Assembly (NCBI GenBank): GCA_002839315.1
Contig: PGXV01000005.1
Location: 155,269 to 219,268, forward strand
Direction: 5' to 3'
Origin: Spirochaetae bacterium HGW-Spirochaetae-3
GTDB taxonomy: Bacteria > Spirochaetota > Spirochaetia > Treponematales > UBA12059
Length of the DNA: 64,000 nt
Part shown: piece after piece, positions 18,038-25,993 of the stretch
Numbering within the stretch: position 1 is the first letter of the stretch
Layout of the letters: each line of letters opens with the position of its first letter
Program-made: the position numbers and the translations under genes
Notes under the pieces: generated by a model
The model's input: only the letters and a program-made list of their open reading frames with translations
The model's database searches: none
Told to the model about the DNA's origin: nothing

Positions 18038-18076
18038 TCACCATAGCTATGCCCTGCGGGGCAGAAGGAGGGCAGG

Positions 18077-18283
18077 ATGCCCAGTAAGTTTTATCTATGC
18101 AAGGTCCTATTCGAGGACATCGAAAACGGCTTCGGGAATGTCTGTGCGACGGCACGAGTAGAGGCTTTTCTCCCCGATGACGTGGTTCAAAAAGAAGGGG
18201 ACTTCAACGGTCCGACACTGGTCTTCCCGGCCGAAGTTACGAAAGGAGAATACGACGACTTTAAGGACGGCTGTTACTTCTAA
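18077..18283 (+). CDS. small acidic early protein, unknown function
   Basis: GAAGGAGG RBS, 68 aa, excess of Asp/Glu over Lys/Arg. First gene after the operator. Confidence 0.65.
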   Translation: MPSKFYLCKVLFEDIENGFGNVCATARVEAFLPDDVVQKEGDFNGPTLVFPAEVTKGEYDDFKDGCYF

Positions 18284-18318
18284 CAAAATAATGCTCTACA
18301 GAGCAGAAGGAGGCCAAT

Positions 18319-18573
18319 ATGGCTACTGAGACTATCTCTCTCATGGATGCGGAGGCGTACGACGCTTTCGTCTTATCACTCATCGATGGAGATGGAGCGT
18401 TTCACTTACGCCCGTCATACATCGAAGTTCTCCCTGGAAGTGGAGCGATCAACTTCATGGAAGGAGAGGTTGGAGCAGACGATGCCGGAGCAATCATCGA
18501 AGTCGATGAGGGTTCTGTAAAGAGCGTTGGGTACTATCCGGCAGAGAGGCGGATATTCCTGACCTTCGAGTAA
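18319..18573 (+). CDS. small strongly acidic early protein, unknown function
   Basis: GAAGGAGG RBS, 84 aa, about 18 acidic versus 4 basic residues. Confidence 0.65.
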   Translation: MATETISLMDAEAYDAFVLSLIDGDGAFHLRPSYIEVLPGSGAINFMEGEVGADDAGAIIEVDEGSVKSVGYYPAERRIFLTFE

Positions 18574-18645
18574 GGAATAATTCATGAGGATTAGCCGCTC
18601 GTTATGAGCGGGCGGCTTCTATATAAAATAAGAATAAGGAGATGA

Positions 18646-19272
18646 ATGAAAATGACCAGTAATTCAAACATCAGGTTCACCGTCACAGTGGACAAACCCA
18701 GCGTAGAGCTTAATAAGGCTCTTATCGAGTTCAGTGACTCATACACGGTAACGGAATACGTTAAAGAGGTGCTGAACGATAACTACGACAGCACAATACG
18801 TGTTCTCAAGAGTATAAGCTTGAGTAATCCATCTTACCTGATCCGGGTTAGCCACGATACGGGCGACGGAATAATCAGGGCTAAATACTTTAAGGATGGT
18901 CACTACGCTAAGGCAGACGGATCGGTAAATCGCAGTCTGACTCGTTTTAAGATTCGGGTCACAGGGGCGACGAAGAAAGAGATGACGGATATCTATCTTC
19001 GATTGAGGGTGTATGACTTCGGCGGAAACTTCGGCGTTACTGAGTCGAACAGGCAGAGTAAGTGGCTTGCTCGCGCGGATAGAGGAAGGATAGGAGAAGC
19101 AGCATTCAAGATCGACGTGATCAGCCAGAAGTACTTCAAAAATACGATAATGCGGCTCTTGAAAAAGTACCCATCGTGTACGTTTACCGTTATCGAGGAA
19201 CAACAGATCGATGTGGTTGAATCACTGACGAGAGTCGCCGCGACTGTGACGACTGAGTACCGAGCCGCGTAA
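18646..19272 (+). CDS. hypothetical phage early protein
   Basis: AAGGAG RBS, 208-aa ORF in the co-directional early block. No motif recognised. Confidence 0.65.
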   Translation: MKMTSNSNIRFTVTVDKPSVELNKALIEFSDSYTVTEYVKEVLNDNYDSTIRVLKSISLSNPSYLIRVSHDTGDGIIRAKYFKDGHYAKADGSVNRSLTRFKIRVTGATKKEMTDIYLRLRVYDFGGNFGVTESNRQSKWLARADRGRIGEAAFKIDVISQKYFKNTIMRLLKKYPSCTFTVIEEQQIDVVESLTRVAATVTTEYRAA

Positions 19273-19330
19273 CTACACAAGCCACCTCTCCGGGGGCGGT
19301 AATAATCAAACGAAAAACAAGGAGAACAAT

Positions 19331-19567
19331 ATGGCTGGAACGAGGACGAAGAAATCCGTCGAGTCCCTAGAGCAGAAGATTGAGGCTCTCACACTTGAAA
19401 AGGCGCGACTTGCTGAACTTAACGTAGAGAAAGAGCCTATGAAGGCCGCCTATGCTGAGAAGAAAGCTCAGATGAAAGTTCTAGAGGGAGAGATGAAAAT
19501 GATGAGAGACGAGTTCAAGAGCAAGTACAAAGAATCACTAGAGCCAAGAGGAGTAAAGACAGTATGA
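19331..19567 (+). CDS. hypothetical coiled-coil protein
   Basis: AAGGAG RBS, 78 aa, Lys/Glu heptad-like sequence. Confidence 0.6.
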   Translation: MAGTRTKKSVESLEQKIEALTLEKARLAELNVEKEPMKAAYAEKKAQMKVLEGEMKMMRDEFKSKYKESLEPRGVKTV

Positions 19568-19791
19568 ACGAACTAACGTTTACGGATGTTGACCAGTATC
19601 GAGACTGGATCGACGAGCACAAAGACTATCACGTAGAGACTCTCTACACGCCCCTACCCATTCTGGTTGATTGGACTCGGCCGTTAATAATTCGAGTTGA
19701 GAATAATTCGATAACTCTTATCGAATATACTCAGGCTGGGAATGTTCGGTTGGTCGTAGAGAAGGATATAGGGACGGTAGTAGACATCTAA
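19564..19791 (+). CDS. hypothetical protein
   Basis: ATGA overlap with the upstream gene, 75 aa. Confidence 0.6.
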   Translation: MNELTFTDVDQYRDWIDEHKDYHVETLYTPLPILVDWTRPLIIRVENNSITLIEYTQAGNVRLVVEKDIGTVVDI

Positions 19792-19866
19792 AATCCTTTC
19801 ATCTCCCTGAGAAATCCCTTCGGTACAGGGTTCTCTCAGGGAGACGAGTAATCATGAAGGAGCGAT

Positions 19867-20175
19867 TTGATGGGAGCGCATATAGCAGATTCAGACATCT
19901 CTTCGGAAGAGTTTGAAGCATTTGCTAAGCATTTTCGAGGAGGGGCAGTTGTCGATAAATTGCATCCATTGATAACTACATCCTCCGAAATCCGCCAGTA
20001 CCATATCAACATGGTCAATCCGGATAAAGGATCGAGTTGTTTGAGTAGGAGTGGTCATCCTTTCTGGTATCTGTCCATGGCTGAGAAACGCGAGATAGCT
20101 GATATGTGGACTGAGGCATGGCTTAATCGGAGAGATGAATTTATTCGAGCCTTTCGACTACAGAAACTCGAATAG
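19867..20175 (+). CDS. hypothetical protein
   Basis: GAAGGAG RBS, 102 aa. Confidence 0.6.
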   Translation: MMGAHIADSDISSEEFEAFAKHFRGGAVVDKLHPLITTSSEIRQYHINMVNPDKGSSCLSRSGHPFWYLSMAEKREIADMWTEAWLNRRDEFIRAFRLQKLE

Positions 20176-20306
20176 TAATAATCTTTTCTAGTTTGTGAGA
20201 TGTTTTTCTCCGCTTATATTCAAAAACGACCTCTAAAAAAGGGACACTAATTAAACACGAAGGATAGCCATCACCTCCCCTTCATATGTATTTTTTAGTA
20301 TTTCAG

Positions 20307-20352
20307 CCTGATTATTCTTGCCGTGATGGGACGAGAATAATCGGGCTTTTTT
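20307..20352 (+). terminator. rho-independent terminator
   Basis: 12-bp stem CCTGATTATTCT / AGAATAATCGGG (one G-U pair) followed by CTTTTTT. Confidence 0.8.
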
Positions 20353-20452
20353 ATTCTCCTTATTGCTTCTTCCTCCTTCGTACATGCACCACGCAAGAGA
20401 TACTAAGGGGAATAAAAATTCTGCTTCAATACTGAGGGAAAATAGCTTTAGT

Positions 20453-20642
20453 AATAGGGAGAACTAAAGGAAGATAAGCAGACCATAAGAAGAAAAAACC
20501 CGTATTTACTTACTCTATATACTAATAATAGGGAGATAAGGAGATAAGGAGATATTCTTTATATTTCTTATATTGATATCAGTAATCCACATCTAAATAT
20601 CTCGAATGTTGGAGAATACGGTATTTTGCTTATCTCCCTATT
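20453..20642. repeat. iteron-like repeat cluster (candidate phage replication origin or regulatory region)
   Basis: AATAGGGAGATAAG at 20527-20540, and its perfect reverse complement at 20629-20642. GAGATAAG is repeated tandemly 2.8x at 20533-20554. A partial copy AATAGGGAGA lies at 20453-20462, with further GATAAG at 20473-20478. An A/T-only stretch separates the inverted copies. The region is immediately upstream of the replication protein gene. Confidence 0.5.
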
Positions 20643-20695
20643 CTGCTCACAACCTATTTGCCTATCAGTACTAAATTAAACAAGGAGACAATACA

Positions 20696-22090
20696 ATGTC
20701 TGAAAAAATTATCTTAGGGGCTATTACAGATGCAGAGACTTTCGTAACACAGTTTATTGAAGCGAGGAACGTCGAACCTGATTGCGCTGGGTTCGTATAC
20801 ACAGACGATTTTAATCTCCGCTCCTCAATAGAGGATTTAACGAATCTTGTTCAAGCGAGCTTCCTTCAGTCCACCCGATATGCTGAGTCACAGATCGCAA
20901 CTTTATATAGTGAGTGGAGTGGCAAGCAGAGTGAGTATGCTGTATCGCGACGGTTGAAGTATCTCGAGGATTCGGAAGAGGCAGACGGAGGCTATGGCAG
21001 AGTGAACAGTCAAGCGTGGCTGAAGGAGACTCAGAGTGCATTCGAGGCTAAGAATCCGGCTCCACCTAAAAACCTTCCAGAAGCTGTTCGTCGAAAAGGA
21101 ATGAAACTAGCAACACTTAAGGAACTCGAGATATTCTGCAACAGATACACAGCAGATCATGACACTCTATACTTAAACCAAATCCGATCTCGCATAGTGG
21201 AAGAGGGAGATTACGAGCAAGAACTGAAGGAGTTCCGAGAAAAGTTAAACCTAAACGATTTCGAATCTAAAGCTGTAGCTAAGTGGATTCAGAATATAAA
21301 GCGACGTGTTTTAGGTATCCCTACAGGTACTGAGTTTGCACTTATCCTTACCGGTGATCAAGGAACTGGAAAGTCCTTGTTTGCAAGTAACCTTACAGCA
21401 GCACTTGGAGATAGCGTTCGAAAGTTTAATGTTGAAGAGTTATCTGATAAGGATGTTATTGGAAATTGTGGTAGTACAGCAGTAATGATATTTGACGAAT
21501 TTAGAGTTACAGATAGAGTTGGCCTTGAGATACTTAAGAGAGCTATTACATTAACAAAGTATGACTATCGTCCGGCATACTCACGTTTAACAAAGAGTAT
21601 TAATTCAATCGCAAGTTTTATATGCTCTTCAAATGAGGAACTCTCTGATCTCGTAATAGATACAGAGAATAGACGGTTTATCCAAATTACATGGGACAAG
21701 CGACTCGAAGTAAAACACGAAAAAGTGTATGAATACTACAAAACCATAAATTGGAAATCGTTTTTTGATTCAGTTCCTATCGAGACGGATGTGTGGAGTG
21801 AAAAGGAATATATCGCTAAGGTAGATCTCGTTAAGACCAATGTAAAAGCAGACGAGTTCCGTGATTTCGCCAGAGCACAAAGATCTGAGTTACGATCGCT
21901 CTGTGTGGATGTGACCTGGATAGCAGCTGCTGACTTACTGTCGGCGTTTAATCGATACAGGAAAGAGCTGGGCTTAAGTTACTCGTATAGCTTTAAGACA
22001 TTGGCTAGGGATACGAAGATAACTGGATGTGAAAGAAAGATACTTAATCGATTCAGTTGCTACAATATAGCGAGTTTAATTGAGGAGTAA
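20696..22090 (+). CDS. phage replication protein, VirE / SF3-helicase-like P-loop NTPase
   Basis: Walker A LTGDQGTGKSLF and Walker B VMIFDEF in the C-terminal half. G-x-Q-G-x-GKS is the form seen in the VirE/primase-associated helicase family. 464 aa. Confidence 0.7.
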   Translation: MSEKIILGAITDAETFVTQFIEARNVEPDCAGFVYTDDFNLRSSIEDLTNLVQASFLQSTRYAESQIATLYSEWSGKQSEYAVSRRLKYLEDSEEADGGYGRVNSQAWLKETQSAFEAKNPAPPKNLPEAVRRKGMKLATLKELEIFCNRYTADHDTLYLNQIRSRIVEEGDYEQELKEFREKLNLNDFESKAVAKWIQNIKRRVLGIPTGTEFALILTGDQGTGKSLFASNLTAALGDSVRKFNVEELSDKDVIGNCGSTAVMIFDEFRVTDRVGLEILKRAITLTKYDYRPAYSRLTKSINSIASFICSSNEELSDLVIDTENRRFIQITWDKRLEVKHEKVYEYYKTINWKSFFDSVPIETDVWSEKEYIAKVDLVKTNVKADEFRDFARAQRSELRSLCVDVTWIAAADLLSAFNRYRKELGLSYSYSFKTLARDTKITGCERKILNRFSCYNIASLIEE

Positions 22091-22186
22091 GAAGCCGTAA
22101 ATAATCGGTCAACCTATTCCCAACCCCAGACTAATTACAGAGAAGATCGGGCCCCTACGGGGGCTTACTTCATTAAGGAGAATCTG

Positions 22187-22390
22187 ATGCTAGACACTAC
22201 ACCAGCTTGGTACGAACTTACCAACACGAAGACAGGGTACACATTCAAGATGTTCACACTTGAGGATATCAAGGCAAACTTCCTCGTTACACTTGCAGAT
22301 GCCGCCGCTGCATTTCGTGACAACGGATTGCTCACTGATAGACAGGGGCGAGAGTATCGATGCAGGGTTATCAGTCCTGGGAGAGAGTAA
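22187..22390 (+). CDS. hypothetical protein
   Basis: AAGGAG RBS, 67 aa. Confidence 0.55.
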   Translation: MLDTTPAWYELTNTKTGYTFKMFTLEDIKANFLVTLADAAAAFRDNGLLTDRQGREYRCRVISPGRE

Positions 22391-22391
22391 T

Positions 22392-22673
22392 ATGACACCA
22401 TCCTTTACACTACTTACTCTCCCTTCATGCGGTCCCTGTAAGGCGATGAAAAATATGTTAGAGGCAATTCAATATGAAGATAACATACAACTTCGATTCG
22501 ACTATGAGATCATCAATATTGAGAGACGAGATGACCTTGTGAAAGAGTATGAGGTCGACGGTGTCCCGGTTTTAATCTCCCCTACAGGGAAGACACTGAG
22601 ACATCTATTATCACGAGACCGACTACGAGCTTGGCTACAAGAAGAGATCAGCATTCTTAATGATAACCTTTGA
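22392..22673 (+). CDS. thioredoxin/glutaredoxin-fold protein (CGPC active site)
   Basis: From MTPSFTLLTLPSCGPCKAMKNML..: beta-strand then a C-G-P-C redox motif, with a cis-Pro region GVPVL. 93 aa. The longer ORF-track start (22260) overlaps the previous gene. Confidence 0.7.
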   Translation: MTPSFTLLTLPSCGPCKAMKNMLEAIQYEDNIQLRFDYEIINIERRDDLVKEYEVDGVPVLISPTGKTLRHLLSRDRLRAWLQEEISILNDNL

Positions 22674-22716
22674 ATGCCGCAGCGAGGCTGTTCGGTATGA
22701 GGGGTTCTAGGAGGAC

Positions 22717-22875
22717 ATGATGACTTTTACATTAAAACGAGATGGATCAGATCGAACGTTAATAACTGATAGTCCACTCAGCGTCGCATCTACACTTCGT
22801 ATCCCATTAACAATGATTATGAGAGTAGGCGAATCGATTAAGCGAAATAACTGGACAGCAAGGCGGATAGCATGA
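22717..22875 (+). CDS. small hypothetical protein (52 aa, below ORF-track cutoff)
   Basis: AGGAGG RBS 5 nt before ATG 22717; open for 52 codons. Confidence 0.35.
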   Translation: MMTFTLKRDGSDRTLITDSPLSVASTLRIPLTMIMRVGESIKRNNWTARRIA

Positions 22876-22997
22876 CGTTCGGCGAGCGATTGAGAGACCT
22901 TCTGTACGGCGACGAGACCGCGAGTACGGCTGCTATGTTAACAGATGAGGAAAGGCAGCAGATTGAAGAGTTCATAGGGCAAATTCGTCTATACTAA
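22872..22997 (+). CDS. small hypothetical protein (41 aa)
   Basis: ATGA overlap with the preceding small ORF. The stop lies inside an ACTAATTAAA motif copy. Confidence 0.3.
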   Translation: MTFGERLRDLLYGDETASTAAMLTDEERQQIEEFIGQIRLY

Positions 22998-23015
22998 TTA
23001 AACGTTCTCCTTATT

Positions 23016-23056
23016 GCCCGCTGGTGACGTATATGTCCTGGCGGGCTTTTTATTTT
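23016..23056 (+). terminator. candidate rho-independent terminator
   Basis: Stem GCCCGCTGG / CCTGGCGGGC (two G-U pairs) followed by TTTTTATTTT. Confidence 0.55.
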
Positions 23057-23069
23057 GTACTAACTACTC

Positions 23070-23396
23070 ATGAAAGAATCAACATTCAGCGAGCAGCACA
23101 GTAAGTTTAGGACGAGCAAGGAATGGAAAGCATTTCGCTTATCGATAATTGAAGAGCGACAGAAAAAATGTGAGTGTTGTGGGGTACAGAAAAATAATGC
23201 ATCGCGATTACAGCTTCATCATATCTTCCCGTTAGATTACACAAACTTATCTCCTGAACGATTCGCTCTCCTCTGTGCTAATTGCCATGCCGAGATAGAG
23301 CGTTTATCTAAACGTCTCAGAGGTAAGAAAGCGGGGACGATTGAGAACCTTGATGCGTGGATGGAATTATACGGACGATTTCTTCCGCACTACTAA
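23070..23396 (+). CDS. HNH endonuclease
   Basis: CECCGV...LQLHHIFP...CANCHAEIE is an HNH / zinc-finger arrangement. 108 aa. No obvious SD. Confidence 0.8.
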   Translation: MKESTFSEQHSKFRTSKEWKAFRLSIIEERQKKCECCGVQKNNASRLQLHHIFPLDYTNLSPERFALLCANCHAEIERLSKRLRGKKAGTIENLDAWMELYGRFLPHY

Positions 23397-23419
23397 TTAA
23401 ATAAGAGGGAGAAAGAAGG

Positions 23420-23776
23420 ATGACACAAGAAGAGATTCTAATTAACTACCCGGAACTCGCGGGAGCAGACCTTGGCGAGGTTAACGAGGCTATTGAGAGG
23501 TATCTAAGGATACAGGAAGAAGAGAGGTATGCAGCAGAGGACGCTATAAAATTGCAGCGGATACAAGAGGAAGCGAGGATTCAACAAGAGCGCTTTAGGA
23601 GAGTATCTGCCCTTGTCGACAAGATGGTTGAAGCGAGGAAAGAAAAAGCAGAGTCGAAAAACATTATTGTAAACGTCTATCTTGATCACGTTTATCTTGA
23701 TCGCCAGCTAACAGCCAAAGAGCTAGAAATAGCAATACGAGATGGAATTATAAACGCTGAGGCGTCTGGCTCATGA
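23420..23776 (+). CDS. hypothetical coiled-coil protein
   Basis: GAGGGAG..AAGG RBS, 118 aa, Glu/Arg-rich helical repeats. Confidence 0.6.
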   Translation: MTQEEILINYPELAGADLGEVNEAIERYLRIQEEERYAAEDAIKLQRIQEEARIQQERFRRVSALVDKMVEARKEKAESKNIIVNVYLDHVYLDRQLTAKELEIAIRDGIINAEASGS

Positions 23777-23880
23777 ACAGCATACAAGTAATCATTTTGA
23801 GCATGCTTGCAGTGCCAATCTACATAGCAGTGTTGAACGTACTACTACAACTTGGAGCTTATTTACAGAGGAAGAAGTAG
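23773..23880 (+). CDS. small hydrophobic protein (35 aa)
   Basis: ATGA overlap with the upstream gene. MNSIQVIILSMLAVPIYIAVLNVLLQLGAYLQRKK is a single predicted TM helix. Confidence 0.35.
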   Translation: MNSIQVIILSMLAVPIYIAVLNVLLQLGAYLQRKK

Positions 23881-23884
23881 GTCG

Positions 23885-23916
23885 AGGAGCCGGGGAGTTA
23901 TCCCAGCTCCTTTTTC
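23885..23916 (+). terminator. candidate terminator at the end of the early block
   Basis: Stem GGAGCcGGGG / TCCCaGCTCC followed by TTTTT. Sits between convergent genes. Confidence 0.5.
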
Positions 23917-23918
23917 TA

Positions 23919-24797
23919 TTATAAATCTTCTATACGGAGCAGTTCAGAGGGAATCTTAATAGTACTAGCCTGGACTTTCTTACCCTTAGTAGTGAGAGTC
24001 TTCCATAGTTCCTCGTTGCGGTAACTAATCACATCTGCTGGAGATTGGGCTATCTGTTTTCCCTTCTGCGTCTGCGTTGGCTTACTCAGCTTTAGGTAAT
24101 CTTTTGCGATTGCCTCGATATAAGCTTTATCGAGGATGGAATAATTTGCGATAGCTACACGGTACCGCGCTGTATTCTCCTCGATTGAGTATAAGCTACC
24201 ACCGGCCTTTACTAAGCCTATCATAATGTCAAGTTTTGGATTGTAGGATGTACATTCGGTAAATGCAATTTCAAGGTCCGAGAAAGAAGTTATGATGACA
24301 TACGTGCCGGTAATGAATATGTCCTTGTAGCTAACCAGCCGTTCCCAATTGATTACATCACCATACTTATCTGCGTAATTTGCAATCTGTGTAACAGTTG
24401 ACTCGGCGATGCTTGAATCACTAAATGATCCTGATACAAATGAACCAAATCCTGCGCTTATGATCGTTTCCTTTTTAATATATCTTCGACAGCGTTGTGC
24501 GTTAACAATTGATTGACTAACAAGCTTCGCGTTGTCAACAATTAGGGCAGGTATACCAAGCCTTTGTACTTTTCCATTAGCGCTGATAGAGTACACATTT
24601 CCAATTAGATCGTACGGGTTGATAGCGGCAACACCATAAGAGATTTTAAGTTGAAGTCCTTCGGTAGCGGGTAAATCAAGCTCGCTGCTTAATTTGGCTC
24701 CCTTTTTTTCGGTGAAGTTGACTGTCTGAGAATCTGTTGGTGTTTGTTTCTTTGTTGCTTTCTCAGATCCTTTTGGCTCTTTATCAGCTTTTGCCAT
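23919..24797 (-). CDS. reverse-strand moron protein, unknown function
   Basis: 292-aa ORF antiparallel to all neighbouring phage genes. AAGGAGG RBS. Has its own promoter candidate: TTGACT (24849-24844), 17 nt, CATAAC (24826-21). Lys-rich N-terminus. No motif recognised. Confidence 0.75.
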   Translation of the reverse strand: MAKADKEPKGSEKATKKQTPTDSQTVNFTEKKGAKLSSELDLPATEGLQLKISYGVAAINPYDLIGNVYSISANGKVQRLGIPALIVDNAKLVSQSIVNAQRCRRYIKKETIISAGFGSFVSGSFSDSSIAESTVTQIANYADKYGDVINWERLVSYKDIFITGTYVIITSFSDLEIAFTECTSYNPKLDIMIGLVKAGGSLYSIEENTARYRVAIANYSILDKAYIEAIAKDYLKLSKPTQTQKGKQIAQSPADVISYRNEELWKTLTTKGKKVQASTIKIPSELLRIEDL

Positions 24798-24909
24798 TTA
24801 GATCCTCCTTGCTTCAAATAGTTATGAATCTACTTATGTGAAAAGTCAATGGATTTATTACTTAACGGGTGTGTAGCCTAATGTTGATAAATGTTTACAC
24901 TAATTATAA

Positions 24910-25260
24910 ATGGTTAAATTCTATCTATGCCGTCACCCCGGTTGTCGCCAACGAATACCGATCATGGGGTACTGCATTAAGCATCAAGCACTACATCAAC
25001 CATTCGCAGCGCGAGTAGTAGCACCGACAGTCAACTGGCAACATCTATACAACTCAGCTCGATGGCGAAATGCTCGTAAGGCATTTTTAATCGAGCATCC
25101 ATACTGCGCGGTATGCGGAAGAGAAGCCACAATCGTTCATCACAGCATACCACATAGAGGTAACGAAGAGTTATTTTGGGATGAAGTGTATTGGGAACCA
25201 ATCTGTAAGCACTGCCACAGTAAAGAAACCTTAAAAGAAGAACGAGCGAGACGGAGCTAA
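24910..25260 (+). CDS. HNH endonuclease (terminase-associated type)
   Basis: CAVCGREATIVHHSIPHRGN...WEPICKHCHSKET. Located directly upstream of the terminase genes, as in HK97-like cos phages. Confidence 0.85.
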   Translation: MVKFYLCRHPGCRQRIPIMGYCIKHQALHQPFAARVVAPTVNWQHLYNSARWRNARKAFLIEHPYCAVCGREATIVHHSIPHRGNEELFWDEVYWEPICKHCHSKETLKEERARRS

Positions 25261-25369
25261 GAAGAGGTATATATGGGGGATAAAAAACAGGTGGTAATCT
25301 ACCTTATACCACCCCCCTCTCCCATTTTTTATATAAGTCAATTCACGGAATCTGACTCTTGGAGAATCA

Positions 25370-25993
25370 ATGCCACGGCCAAAAGTACCAACTGCTGAGA
25401 AAAAAAAGAAAGGAACTCTCGGCTCATACGATAAGGATAGAATCGACGATAGACTTCCAGCACTCATGAAAGAAGGAATTCCGAGCATTATCGTCCCCCC
25501 TGATAATGTACCTGTAGCGACGGAACCTGTTTGGTACCGTGTCTCTGGTCGGCTGTCAGCAGCAGGAATTTGGACTGACCTTGATATCGATTACTTAGTT
25601 CAAACATGCATCGAGTTAAACCAGCTCATCACTATAGATAAAGACATTGATCGTTATCGCTCGAAGATGGACGAGTATGAAAGTGCATTGAGCGAGGTAG
25701 AGAGTAGCGACCTAGAGGAAGCAGACAAATCGAATAGCATTAACCATCTGAGAAGTGAACTCGACTACTATCGTAACTGGTGGTCTAAGCTCTTAACAAA
25801 GCGTATGAATACATCAGCGTCATTCGTTAAGTATGCTTCTAAACTCGGAATGTCACCATCCGATAGAGCCGGATTGAAATTAGTTCTCGTTAGCGCAGAT
25901 AAGATAGAGAGAGACACTAAGCCGAAGAGCGCACTTCAGCGAGCGGCAACACGACCAGGACTACCTGTTATGGAGGTGGTCGATGGAAGTTGA
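25370..25993 (+). CDS. terminase small subunit (P27-family-like)
   Basis: N-terminus MPRPKVPTAEKKKKGTLG.. and the W..-L..G-D..L...C pattern resemble the P27 family. Position immediately upstream of TerL, overlapping it. Confidence 0.7.
   Translation: MPRPKVPTAEKKKKGTLGSYDKDRIDDRLPALMKEGIPSIIVPPDNVPVATEPVWYRVSGRLSAAGIWTDLDIDYLVQTCIELNQLITIDKDIDRYRSKMDEYESALSEVESSDLEEADKSNSINHLRSELDYYRNWWSKLLTKRMNTSASFVKYASKLGMSPSDRAGLKLVLVSADKIERDTKPKSALQRAATRPGLPVMEVVDGS

Noticed and set aside
20527-20554. GAGATAAG tandem repeats considered as a possible CRISPR-like array.
   Set aside because: The units are only 8 bp and directly abutting, with no spacers. There are fewer than three copies and no cas genes. 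They fit iterons much better.
22260-22391. Longer start (22260) for the thioredoxin-like gene, giving a 137-aa protein.
   Set aside because: The extension overlaps the preceding 67-aa gene in another frame. ATG 22392 follows a GGGAGAG SD and begins directly at the beta1-CGPC motif, as in small thioredoxin-fold proteins.
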